NCBI GenBank assembly: GCA_002633005.1 | Contig: NMRA01000009.1 | Span: 2,093,563-2,157,562, forward strand | From: Phoronis australis | Lineage: Eukaryota; Animalia; Phoronida | Length of the DNA: 64,000 bases | Reading direction: 5' to 3' | Shown here: positions 52,170-64,000 of the stretch, one piece after another | Position numbering within the stretch: position 1 is the first letter of the stretch | Layout of the letters: each line of letters opens with the position of its first letter | Translations under genes and position numbers: made by a program | The notes under the pieces: model-generated | Seen by the model: the letters and a program-made list of their open reading frames with translations, nothing else | Told to the model about the DNA's origin: nothing | Database searches by the model: none

Positions 52170-52431
52170 GAGGGGCGGACCAAGGATTTTGAGTGGGGGT
52201 AGGAAGGGCACAGGAATAACCAGAATTTCGCCTCATGCGCGCGCCCAGCCTACTCGAATTTTTGGGTTTGTGGACCTTATTACTAAAATCGGGGTATGTT
52301 CAAGGCCTATGCATTGTGCATTCGCCCCCTAAGCCCCCAATGGGTACGCGCATATGCTAGTCAGCAATTCGCAACTTGAACTGCCAAATGGAATTTGAGT
52401 GAATTTTAACCCCCTCCTTAATCCGCCACTG
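52170..52431. mobile_element. MITE of the CAG(T/G)GGCGGAT-terminus family
   Basis: Left gaggggcggacc, right aatccgccactg. The same terminus occurs at about 53481-53492 and in 61850-61999. Confidence 0.55.
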
Positions 52432-52817
52432 GTTAGGATGATACACTGTACTTGTAGCGAGTACGCATGACAGCACAGATCAATTGCTCTGACGACTTAC
52501 GCGAAAAATTTTGCATTGACAGATTCCGCTTGTGAGCTTGCAGTTTAGCAAAATCTTTGGTTTAGCGGAAACCGACGACTTAAGTAAATAATAAATGCTT
52601 ACATTTACATGTAAATGAATGGAGTGTAATCGGGACCAAGAAAATGTGACGGACTAACTATGCAGACTCAGTGACAAGTAGTAAATACTGAGACATGAAC
52701 CTTTCGTTTATACGTGAACTTGATTCAGCTTCTGATTTTGTATTCCGATATTGTTAGGTACTGCTGACGTCAATATATATAATGCAATAAGAGACCCCAG
52801 AGAAGAACCCTGGGGGG

Positions 52818-53262
52818 NNNNNNNNNNNNNNNNNNNNNNNNNNNNNNNNNNNNNNNNNNNNNNNNNNNNNNNNNNNNNNNNNNNNNNNNNNNNNNNNNNN
52901 NNNNNNNNNNNNNNNNNNNNNNNNNNNNNNNNNNNNNNNNNNNNNNNNNNNNNNNNNNNNNNNNNNNNNNNNNNNNNNNNNNNNNNNNNNNNNNNNNNNN
53001 NNNNNNNNNNNNNNNNNNNNNNNNNNNNNNNNNNNNNNNNNNNNNNNNNNNNNNNNNNNNNNNNNNNNNNNNNNNNNNNNNNNNNNNNNNNNNNNNNNNN
53101 NNNNNNNNNNNNNNNNNNNNNNNNNNNNNNNNNNNNNNNNNNNNNNNNNNNNNNNNNNNNNNNNNNNNNNNNNNNNNNNNNNNNNNNNNNNNNNNNNNNN
53201 NNNNNNNNNNNNNNNNNNNNNNNNNNNNNNNNNNNNNNNNNNNNNNNNNNNNNNNNNNNNNN
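52818..53262. other. Assembly gap (445 N)
   Basis: Run of n characters. Confidence 1.
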
Positions 53263-53499
53263 TGTTGGACACTTTCTCCGTTTTTTGCCTTTTTTCTTGG
53301 ATAATACTTCGGGAAACAAGTAAAATGCTTGATTTTTGAGGAAAAAAACGAGAAATTTCCTGGGCGGCAGGTGGACAAACCCCCCGACCTGTCCCGCCAT
53401 TCGGTGCTATGCGCATATACATTCGTGCTTTGAGCAAATGTTTACAGACAAAATGTTGGGGGCCCCCTTGTAATATCTTAAATCCGCCACTGTTGAATT

Positions 53500-54735
53500 T
53501 TTATACTCTTACAAAAATAAACGACACTTCGGTTATTAGATGCGCACTGAATGGTGCATCTGCACTCAAAACAACGCACGGTAATAAAACGTTGAGATTT
53601 CATGCGCATGCGAAATTGCCCACATGTCTTACGAGAATGGAAAAATGAGTACACATTTGCATTTTCAAAGGAATATGAAGTCGGAATATTGACGAATGAT
53701 TAACCACGATACATTTATTAATTACGTGTCACTGCGCGGCGACTGAAAAGTTTAGGGCCGCTGAGCCTCAGCTCAACCTAGACCCAGTGGAACCACGCGC
53801 ACAACCGCGTGGAAACTAAATGTAGTTACTAAGCTTTGTTGTCCCTGCCAGTGTTCACGAAATCAGGGAATCCCATTCAGTCGTCTTAATTTGAAACTGC
53901 CGATGGTCGCCGCAGCCATGACCCGTGCCTCAGATGTTTTACTTTCTTCATTGACCTACAATGTATACTTTTCCCAGAACTTGCTCGTCGTAGATTTCTC
54001 AGTGCAAGAAAACACGGTAGTTTTAAAATGTCTGTTTTTTGAGCAACGACGGAGGACTGCCTGTATAGTGAACTTACCGTCGGCGTGTACTGAAAAGAAA
54101 GGAAACGCATACATGTCAATCCATCAATCCACAATCAAAGTGGATACTGGATGAACAAGTTACAACATCATTAACGATAACTTTCAATTCGAAATTTGAA
54201 AATCCGTGCACATTATCGTACTATGCAAGCAAGTACGCCAAAAATCTCGTACCGGTATAAACCTTTTTGCTGCTGTTTTGTTTCTTGGCCCGATTTTTAA
54301 AGCATTCACACCGCATGTCACTACGAGCTCTCTCGCTGCTATATACATGTAGCTTAACTTGGTGTAAACATTTACTTCTAGACTTCCTTGTTGCCCTATG
54401 GTGCAGCCACCACGGGTGTTCAATGCCGACGGATAACATAAAGCGTCCGCTAATCGTCTGCACGATCCTGTCGTTTACGCAAACACCACTCTGGCGAAGT
54501 TGGCTGGGTACGGCCCGGTGATTACGTGAAGCGCTTTGAACCAGAAGCAAATTCAAAATTATTTCTGACTTCGTTATTATTGCGGTTAGTAGTACCAGTT
54601 GCTGCAACAATTTTGTTGTTGTTAATGTGCGTCTTTGTCCTATCTTAACGGATAGGTTAGAGCTGGACCTTTTCCTCGGGGGTTCGATTGAACCCAGTCC
54701 AAATCCCTGCCCCCGACCCCTTGGCTACGGGCCTG
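53500..54735. mobile_element. Dispersed non-coding repeat, copy A (homologous to the interrupted copy at 57980-59947)
   Basis: Shared collinear blocks, for example cccattcagtc(g/t)tcttaa..tttgaaac(t/c)gccg, tctcagtgcaagaa, atccacaatcaaagtgga, catttacttctagact, tgcacgatcctgtc and gaagcgctttgaa. Confidence 0.75.
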
Positions 54736-55102
54736 TATGTGGGGAGATGAAACGCCACCCGAAACTGCTTTCAACGTGCTTTCTATTGTCTTTATTGGAA
54801 TAATCATGAAAATGTGATGCCCTACTGAAATATCAAGCTAACGCTGAACACTGTCGTTTTGTCGACAGTTTGTAATCTAAGTTTACAATGGTTAACTCGA
54901 ACACTGATTTGAGCCACTCTGGTCAATGGTGAGCTGACAACATAATGTAATTGAGAAAAAAGGGGATGGTTCGAATTTCGGGAAGGGTGGACCTTTCGTA
55001 GTATAAAATGGTCACTTAGACGTGGTGGGTTGTTTGCAGACGTTTCGACCTGGTCGGCCAGGTCTTTATCGATGAATGAGGGATTTCCCGCCTTTCGCTG
55101 TT

Positions 55103-56367
55103 TAAAAACTTAATGATGAAATCATTCCTAGAAAACAGTCGCACAGACATCTGGGTATACTGTTAGATGAAAAACTCTCATTCACCCCTCACGTTCGGGA
55201 GCTCGTACAAAAAAACTCAGAAACTAATTAACCCACTTAAGCTTGTCTCTCGTCATCTGAATTCTACACATTTAGAAGTTTTGTTCAAATCCTTTATACT
55301 TCCACACATTGATTATTGTGATATTATATATCGGTCTGCCAATACGGGTGCACTCCAACATTCGGAGAAGTTACAATATCAAGCCGCCTTACTCATAACC
55401 GGAGCTTACAGGGGATCCAATAGTGTTAAGGTTTTGAATAGTCTCAAGTGGCCCAAACTGTCTACTCGACGCAATCTTCACATGATCACATTTTCTTTCA
55501 AGGTAATAAACAATGTCAACAACGTGTCTGTCAAAAAAAATATTTGATCTATATACTAGACAAGGCCATCGTAGTGATTTGAGACCATCCACCCCATATG
55601 CAATTCCTCCGTCGTTCAGTCAGGCATTCAGAAGGTCTACAGTCATGATGTGCATCAACAACTGGAATTCTCTTCCAGTCTCTGTTAAGGAAAGCAACTC
55701 TTTTACGAGTATAAAAAATAATTTTAGAACTGTTTTTCATAATTTTGATAACTCAACACCCTTGACTCAATTCTCCCTTACCCGCGATAACGAAATAGCA
55801 TTGTACAGATCAAGATGTGGCCTTTTCCTCAACTCTGACAAGTTCAGGCACAACTTTAGTAATGTCTCTCTAAACTGCAAATGTGGTGACCATCAATCTT
55901 ATCCTCATATTTTTTTCAAATGTCCCCTCATCGAATCCCTGAGAGACTCACTCTTTCGTGCACTCAATGATAACCAATCAATTGTTAACGCTCTCAATTC
56001 TTGTAATAATATCCCTACTAGAGCTACATTATTACTGAATGGTAGTCCTAACCTTGACTTCGTTCTCAACGAATTCCTCCTAAGCAACGTTAGCAAGTTT
56101 TTATGTACCGTTTATCAATATTGTTGCATCTGATTTCCCTACATGAATCTGTACATATTTTTGTTTTTATATATCTGTAATAGCATATCTAAGTATTGGA
56201 ATACTTATTTTAGATACTACTTAATTGTATATACCTCTATGTATATAAGTTTCATTTATGAATTGTTTACAACCCAGATATAATGCTTCGCGGTTTCTGG
56301 GTTTGTTATTATTTCTTTGTATGTTCTGTGTATCCTTCAATAAATATATATCACAGTGAAAAAAAAT
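55103..56367 (+). mobile_element. 5'-truncated CR1/L2-group LINE: end of ORF2 (RT thumb plus CCHC-like tail), 3' UTR and A tail
   Basis: HRHLGILLDEKLSFTPHV, LFKSFILPHIDYCDIIY..EKLQYQAALLITGA..LKWPKLSTRR and CKCGD..SYPHIFFKCP. Two +1 frameshifts fall in A runs (about 55209-55215 and 55533-55540). Stop at 56133; AATAAA and A tail at 56339-56367. Confidence 0.9.
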
Positions 56368-56639
56368 GCTCAAAACAAAAACTGAGGTCAACATGGTAGT
56401 GAGCTATTCAAAGTCATATTCCTGGGTTGTATAAGGTCTGTGTTTTATTAAATGTGTGACCTGACGTGAATTTGTTGTTTGTTTATTATTCTAACTTGGG
56501 TTTTGATTATTTCAAATGGATCTGCTCCAGCGTTGGTCATGTACTCTAATGACTTATTTACTTTCTTGAGGCTGAACTGTCCCCTGGAATCTATCCACAC
56601 ACGTTCTTAACAGGATGACACAGTGTTCACAGAAACATC

Positions 56640-57400
56640 CCAGAGCCAAATAACTATTTCCTAATATTGCAACATTGTGTGTTTTGTACTGGACTTAAGA
56701 AAGCAAAACTAGTTCTGTACTCAACTAATAGTGACCTTTATTACATTTGTTTTAGGCCAAAACAGAAACACCACCTTTATTTACGAAGGCGCTACTATTA
56801 AAGTTCGTGACAATGATTTTATTATGACGTAGATGTGCTACACAGTGAAAGCTTTGTTGAGCAAACTGTTGCACGGTTGCGTACATTTTACTTTCAGCAT
56901 AGATTATAGACAACAGTCTATGCTTTCAGAAATTCTTTAGCTGGTACATGTTACCACTTGGAATGGGCAACTTAAAAACTCGGGAAGTTAGTCTTCCAAA
57001 TTTTGATCTCTGATTAGATCAGCACGTAGGTTCACAAGCCCAGCACAGAAAATAAAGTAGTTATCCACTGATTCTGAGCTTTACACTGGAATACTGGTAC
57101 TCACTGTTTTGAAAAGTTTTAAGTCTCCGTATTGCTCGCTCCAAATGGATTCTTACTGTGGAAATGCGCCATGTTTTTGTTAGACCTTTTTTACTAAGGT
57201 GTGACTTGCCTTTGGGTGAAAGCTGGTATGTTTAATTTAACTCGTCTTGGAAACAGGAGTTCATCAATAGTAAAACCTGTATCTGCCATAAATTTGTCTT
57301 TGGGTAAAAAGTATTTCAGAAATCCAGATTTTTGAACAATGTTTTTGTCATTTGTCACTACCCCTGCCCCCCAAATGCAGATACGTACATGGTGTACCCA
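56640..57400. mobile_element. Decayed ISL2EU/Harbinger-type DNA transposon: DDE_Tnp_4 transposase C-terminus on -, YqaJ-like exonuclease remnant on +
   Basis: Minus strand, 57000-57370: NDKNIVQKSGFLKYFLPKDKFMADTGFTIDELL..KLNIPAF..ISTVRIHLERAIRRLKTF (cf. ADKGF and RIHVERAI motifs). Plus strand, 56646-56750: NYFLILQHCVFCTGLKKAKLVLYS (cf. YY.QIQ.Q...TG...C.FV), in convergent orientation. Confidence 0.7.
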
Positions 57401-57979
57401 TTTTGGTGCAATTGCAAAAAGTTGCAGTACTATGTGATTTGTACTGGCTTTAGGTTTCACTCCCTGTCAATGATTTCAAATCAGCTGATCTGCTACCAAA
57501 TACAAAACACAGGCAGGCACACCAGCTCAGAAGGCTGGTTTTACAGGCAGGCTGTACTGACTCCAGTGTTTAATCTAGCATGTCTGTAATGGCGTGATCT
57601 CAATATGGCGCTCCCCAGGAATTCGGCAGTTTCCGTAATGGAATCTGTCTATACATAACGACGACTCTCAGCTCTATGTTCCTGAGATGAGACGGAAATG
57701 AGGATACCGCGGCAACAGTTGCTCGTAAAGAATGGGACTCACACGTGGTCCAGAAGAGAACGTTCTCGTGTTACTTTCCGCCAAACTTTCAAATCAAGCG
57801 TGCTTAAATACAAACTTGGACGGAATTTTTTAGGCTGAGAATGACTAGACGAAATTTTTATCTGGTTGTTTTTTGCGTGTTAATTACATCGCTGGAAATG
57901 GAAACAGCCCACTATTCTGAAGGTTCACTACTCCGAAGGTTCACTACTCCGATATCTAAATTTCGAACTCGGGTATAAT

Positions 57980-59947
57980 TTTTATACTTTTGCATAAAGT
58001 AAACGATACTACTAGGTGCGCTGAGTGGTGTACCTGTACCGAAAACAAAGTCCGGTTATTACTGATTTCATGCGCATACAAAATTGCCCGCATGCCTTAC
58101 GAATACGGAAAACCAAGTACGTTCTTGCATTTTTAAAAAGATACCAAACTTGGAAGACTGACGCCAGCGATGCATTAGCAGGTGACAGAACGAGAATAAG
58201 AAGTAGGGATATCGATAAATTATTACCTTAGCCAACGGAACCGCGCTCACGGCCGGTCGAAACTAAATTTGGTTAGAAGGCTATCCTGTCCCAGCCAGTC
58301 TTCACAAAATCAGTCCCATTCAGTCTTCTTAAATTTGAAACCGCCGTTGGTCGCCGCAACCCTCACCCGTGCCCCAGATGTTGTCCCTGCTTGAGAGGGC
58401 GTCGTTAGTTAGATCCAAGAATCACGTTTGGAAGTGTTTGGAACTGAGCTCATTTGTAAAAAAATATAACTAATGTTTTAAGACTGTGCAACTCTGGCAC
58501 TCTCCCTGTCAATGTTTACTACATGATGGGCACAGATACAATATTTTATTCCTGTCACTTCCGACTCATTAGTAGACAATCAGAGCTATGAATTTTCCGA
58601 GTTCTGGTTTCGGAATTGTGAACATTCGAAGTAGTGAACTTTTGAGGGTAGCGAACCTTCGGAGTAGAGGGCTTTCGGAGTAGAGAACCTTCGGAACGGT
58701 GACATGTAACTTTAGAAATCTTTTCCATCAGTTGTTGCTCGTATGGAGTCCTTCGAACCTGTGTACCATAATGATATTGATTGACCAAAGTTTTTCATTA
58801 TTAGGTCTAGACCTACTTTACCCTAATACTGTGAACATGCTCTTTTTCTCAGTGCAAGAACACACAGTAGTTAAATGTCTGATTTTTGTTTGAGCTACGC
58901 CAGAGGAAGGCCTTTAGTGAACTCACCGTCGGTGTGTACTGGATTTAAAAGAATAGAAGTGCACACACGTGTACACGCGCATGCATGTCAATCTACCATT
59001 CCACAATCAAAGTGGACACTGGATGAACAACAATCCTTTGACGATCACCTTCAATTCAAAATTTGTAATGCCTGCACCGTACCATGCTGTGCTAGCAAGT
59101 ATACCAAAATAGCAGATAACATTTTTGCTGTTTTGTTTCTTGGTTGTTTTCAAAACATTCACGCCACCGTACTTTGTGAGACCTCTTTCACTGCTTTAAA
59201 GCTTAGCTAGTTATAGACATTTACTTCTAGACTCTCTTGTTACCCTATGGTGTATCGTTGGCCAAATGGGTGAACGTTACGGCGGTAAATTACTTGTATA
59301 AGATAATTCGGGTTAGAGGCGTAATTGATTGCGGCGTAAAGTAATTATTTACAGTGTAAAGTAATTACTTAATTGGGGCGTAAAGAAACTTTGTAGGGCG
59401 TAAAGTTGTTATTAGCGCCGCAAATACCTATTTTACTCCGTAAAGTAATAATTACTCCGTACGTCATAAATAATTACTTTAAAGTCGTAAATAATTACTT
59501 TACGACACAGATGATTACTTTACGCCGTAAATAATTACTTTACACCTCTAACAAGAATTAACTTACGCACGTAATTTAACGGCGTAACGTTCATCCATTT
59601 GGCCAGCGATAATATAGACGATAATGGTGTAGCAACCACGCACGTTCAATGCCAATGAATGACGTAAAGCCTCCTCTAATCGTTTGCACGATCCTGTCAT
59701 CTACGCAAACACCACTCAGTTGAAGTTGGGGCCGGGTAAGGGTCCAATCAGTATCACGCGAAGCGCTTTGAATCAGGAGCAAATTCTTCTAACCCAAGTT
59801 ATAATTGTAGTTAGTAGTACCGGTAGGTGCAACAATTTTGTTGTTTTTGTCCATCTATATCCCATCTCTTACGGATAGGCTGGGGCTTGACCTTTTCCGT
59901 GGGTTCCATCGAAGCCCCGAACACCCCCCCCCCCGGCCACGGGCCTG
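57980..59947. mobile_element. Dispersed repeat copy B, interrupted by nested insertions (about 58385-58840 and 59255-59623)
   Basis: Collinear with 53500-54735 except for the inserted segments. Confidence 0.7.
59255..59611. mobile_element. Palindromic MITE with TIRs of about 40 bp and internal aataattactttac subrepeats
   Basis: tcgttggccaaatgggtgaacgttacggcg.. / ..cggcgtaacgttcatccatttggccagcga. ATGGTGTA is duplicated at 59247-59254 and 59624-59631. The homologous empty site is at about 54398 (ccctatggtgcagccaccacg). Confidence 0.85.
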
Positions 59948-60002
59948 AAAAACTATGAATTCAAGCAGTTTTGCAATAGGTACTGGCTGCAAGTGTCCCC
60001 GC

Positions 60003-61199
60003 CGCATCAGCATTTAAGCAAAACTGACACACTGCCGAAAAACGGTGATAAGCGGCGTTTAACAAACTTTTCGCAGCGCGTGCTACAATTAGGTTTGTTC
60101 CCAATGGAACGTTGTGTATGTCACAAATATTACCAAAAGTTTGGATCATGTTTCGGGAGAATCGCGGTGTACGTTATACGACTACTTTGTCATAGTAAAT
60201 TACTTTTATTTTGCCATCCAACGGTGTCCTTTTTATTTCTGGGTTCTGGCTTGAATGACACACGTTTAGTTTTCATTGTCGGTCATCGAACGAGTTTTTT
60301 AATCGGTGGAGAAATATGCATTATGTTTTCTCCAGAATGAAAAATGTCCGCATAGAAATGCGTTTGGCACCTTTTCAGTCAAGAATTTATTGTTCCTAAT
60401 GCTTGAATCATTCGGGAATAGTCGAACGGGATTGAGTTGTGCTGGCGCCAACCAGTTGGAGTCACAGGTGGGTCATGTGGGGGGTAATTAAACCCGCCGT
60501 GAGTGTTCTCCCGAGGTTAAGTCTTCTTCGCGAGAACACGTATTTCTCCTGAAGAGTAACATCCCATGCATTAATGAAAATGCGAGTCCAGTTTTAAACG
60601 CACAGTCGACCTCTTAGGAAAAGACTCCATGGCAATATTGAATTACAGCTCAGTTCCGTGCCCTACCCGACTTGCAAACACTAGGCCTATGCCCTCAACT
60701 ACGTAAAAGCACCGAAGTGTATTCCATGGACCGGGCGAGGAATTTTTTCCTGGGCATAAAGTTTTGTCACACAAAAAACGATTTGCGTACTTCGAACGTC
60801 GGTAATGACCTGCACTAAAAGTTATAGACTACGTGGTTGCCCAGTCTGTCGCGACCTAGTGCAAAAAGTTTTTCGTCACGCAGACACTTAAATTAATGGC
60901 CGTGACATCAGTGTTTTAAAATCATCATGTACACTGCAAATGCAGTGTTCAGAATACGCGCTTCCGTCCGCCACACGAGAGCAGTGTGTTACCATTCAAT
61001 TTGGTTTTCAAAAATAGTGGGTCATCGTTGTCCTTGAATAACAGCCAGAAACATTTCTGCGACAACACAGAATTCTCAGTCACTTATTTTTTCTAAACAA
61101 ATGGACGCGAGAGTAAAGAATAACAAAGACGGTTCGGGATATCGTGCCTATAGCGATACTTGCCTATAATAGTACTCTTGACGGGGAACTCGGCAGGAT
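60003..61199 (+). repeat. 1.2-kb segment duplicated at 62810-64000 (copy 1)
   Basis: Near-identical direct repeat starting cgcatcagcatttaagcaaaactgacacac, with only scattered substitutions and small indels. Confidence 0.95.
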
Positions 61200-61849
61200 A
61201 GAAATTGGAAACCCACCGCGATTTAGAGAATGGGCTCGAAGAAAAAGGTCAATCTGATGTAAACAGTTCTATATGGACATGAGCTATCTTACAACAACAT
61301 CTTGTGGCGCTTTTGATTGGCCTTCTTACCAGATCATTACTTTTTATTTTATTTATTCTGTGTTCTCTATCGAAGTTATTTGTAATTGCATTCGTCATAA
61401 TAAATGACCTTATTTCCCCTCCTCGGTCTCCTTGTCATCTCATCGCAATGAGCTCACGTTCGGGACATATGTCGATCATAAATGTAATTAAATTCCTCCG
61501 TCATTGGAGGATGCGCAAATAACGACCGGTAACCACCCCAAAAGCAGATGAACAAATTGGACAATTGGGAATGCGAAAGTAAGAATTTCATCCATCGCTC
61601 TGAGAACGACCCACGCGGTCGGGTGTCGAGAACTGGCGTGTATAGATTGTGGCGCCTCTCCTCCATCTGGAATGCCATTTCCAATGATATACATGTATGA
61701 GATGTACCAGAATCACTGAAAGTCAACGTACATGTATCATTGTTTAATTGCATTTTGAGCTTTTCATGGTCCTTTTCACGTCTTAGTTCCCTCATACTGT
61801 AAGTATACATTATCGTACGGAGTTAAAGAAGAATTAAAGTGATAAAGCG

Positions 61850-61999
61850 CAGTGGCGAATTTAAAGGGGCCATGGCACCCCTAAAATTCTTTCAGATTCC
61901 ATTTGACACTTAGGGGGTGCGAATGTCTGACGGGAAAAATCCTGGCTAATACTCTGTCCTGCACCCCCCCCCCGACTGAAAATCCTGGATCCGCCCCTG
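61850..61999. mobile_element. Short MITE with CAGTGGCG / CGCCCCTG termini
   Basis: cagtggcgaattta ... ctggatccgcccctg with internal C runs. Confidence 0.6.
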
Positions 62000-62809
62000 T
62001 AAACGCATGCTCACGTGGCCCAGCAAACATTGGTTTAATGATAGTAATAATAATATTGTCATTGATTCCACTAGTAAAAACGATAATACAATACACTAAA
62101 GGGTGACACGATACAATACAGTACAACATATCAAAAAACTGATAGGGATATAGACAGATACAGACATGAAAACGAAAGTAATGATGACAACACACACGCG
62201 TTTCGGAATCTTTATTGACCACCGGCATCACCCGGTTTAGCTCCGAGGTCCACAACAATTGTATGATCCCCGTTTCCAATCCAAACCGGTTTCACATCGA
62301 CCGCCAACTGAACCCTCCACCCTCGATATCATTTAAACCCTTAACACCTATAACATTTTACCAAAGTATCACTTTTCTTGGTCGTGTCATGAGCTCGTAT
62401 AGGAAGATGTTATTGGGGGGAAACACTAATTGACTTCGTCAGTCTATTCCACCGTGGTCCCAAGTCATCGATTTCTCCTTATAGTATCTCCACCACTTCA
62501 TTCTCCATGGTGACATTTGGGTATCAATTTCACGAGAATGCATCGCTTTTTAACGTTACACGGTTACGCCTTCAAGTTTTTTGTTGTTTTTGACTCTCAG
62601 AGGATACAAAAGTTTATTGAGACATATACACATGGCCATAGGCCCCAAGTATATCATGTACAAGCCAGAACATTGTTAGGTGGCACGTTTCAAACCGAAT
62701 AATACATTATGACGCTTGAGAGCGTGATGGACGAATTTAATAAGTCGGCTATCTGGAGTTCTCATGAGAGAATCAAATTTAGATGTCGTGGGAGAATGAC
62801 AAAAACGAN

Positions 62810-64000
62810 CGCATCAGCATTTAAGCAAAACTGACACACTGCCGAAAAACGGTGATAAGCGGCGTTTCAAATTTTCGCAGCGCGTGCTACAATTAGGTTT
62901 GTTCCCAATGGAACGTTGTGCATGTCACAAATATTACCAAAAGTTTGGATCATGTTTCGGGAGAATCGCGGTGTACGTTGTACGACTACTTTGTCATAGT
63001 AAATTACTTTTATTTTGCCATCCAACGGTGTCCTGTTTATTTCTGGGTTCTGGCTTGAATGACGCACGTTTAGTTTTCATTGTCGGTCATCGAAAGAGTT
63101 TTTTAATCGGTGGAGAAATATGCATTATGTTTTCTCCAGAATAAAAAATGTCCGCATAGAAATGCGTTTGGCACCTTTTCAGTCAAGAATTTATTGTTCC
63201 TAATGCTTGAATCATTCGGGAATAGTCGAACGGGATTGAGTTGTGCTGGCGCCAACCAGTTCGAGTCACAGGTGGGTCATGTGGGGGTAATTAAACCCGC
63301 CGTGAGTGTTCTCCCGAGGTTAAGTCTTCTCCGCGAGAACACTTATTTTTCCTGAAGAGTAACATCCCATGCATTAATGAAAATGCGTTTTCTTGAGTCC
63401 AGTTTTAAACGCACATTCGACCTCTTAGGAAAAGACTCCATGGCAATATTGAATTACAGCTCAGTTCCGTGCACTACCCGACTTGCAAACACTAGGCCTA
63501 TGCCCTCAACTACGTAAAAGCACCGAAATGTATTCCATGGACCGGGCGAGGAATTTTTTCCTGGGCATAAAGTTTTGTCACACAAAAACGATTTGCGTAC
63601 TTCGAACGTCGGTAATGACCTGCACTAAAAGTTATAGACTACATGGTTGCCCAGTCTGTTGCGACCTAGTGCAAAAAGTTTTTCGTCACGCAGACACTTA
63701 AATTAATGGCCGTGACATCAAAAAACATCATGTACACTGCAAATGCAGTGTTCAGAATGGGCGCTTCCGTCCGCCACACGAGAGCAGTGTGTTACCGTTC
63801 AATTTGGTTTTCAAAAATAGTGGGTCATCGTTGTCGTTAAATATCAGCCAGAAACATTTCTGCGACAACACAGAATTCTCAGTCACTTATTTTTTCTAAA
63901 CAAATGGACGCGAGAGTAAAGAATAACAAAGACGGTTCGGGATATCGTGCCTATAGCGATACTTGCCTATAATAGTACTCTTGACGGGGAACTCGGCAGG
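62810..64000 (+). repeat. 1.2-kb direct duplication (copy 2), starting right after a single N at 62809 and running off the window
   Basis: Matches 60003-61199. Confidence 0.95.

Noticed and set aside
52708-53437. Long ORFs of 190-230 aa
   Set aside because: They only span the N gap.
60003-64000. LTR retrotransposon interpretation of the long direct repeats
   Set aside because: No TG..CA termini, PBS/PPT or retroelement coding remnants in the 1.6 kb between copies, and the junction coincides with an N.

Overview
Intron-rich animal genomic DNA, probably an invertebrate (AT-rich, GT-AG introns). Bases 1-51,000 hold five tightly packed spliced genes that I reconstructed by hand with consistent intron phases: the 3' part of CD2BP2 (+), a long TCTN2-like tectonic gene (-, about 1,200 aa, 22-23 exons), MRPS23 (+), METTL4 (-), and a short coiled-coil gene (+) ending in a CEP290-like C-terminal motif. 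Bases 51,000-64,000 are transposon-rich: MITEs, a truncated CR1/L2-type LINE, a decayed ISL2EU/Harbinger element, an N gap, and a 1.2 kb direct duplication beside a single N. The most unusual observations are these. (1) The predicted first exons of the tectonic gene are interleaved with MRPS23, and one CTAG palindrome could serve as splice acceptor on both strands. (2) An inverted, diverged duplication of about 0.4-0.5 kb links the TCTN/MRPS23 head-to-head junction with the METTL4/CEP290-like junction. (3) The tectonic protein has three tandem two-cysteine N-terminal modules. (4) There is a stand-alone mini-CEP290-tail protein. (5) CD2BP2 has NKF in place of the GYF signature. (6) Several repeats carry arrays of CTCF-consensus-like motifs. 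All gene models and family assignments come from reading the sequence and recalled motifs; no database search or expression data were available. I see no CRISPR, rRNA or prokaryotic system.
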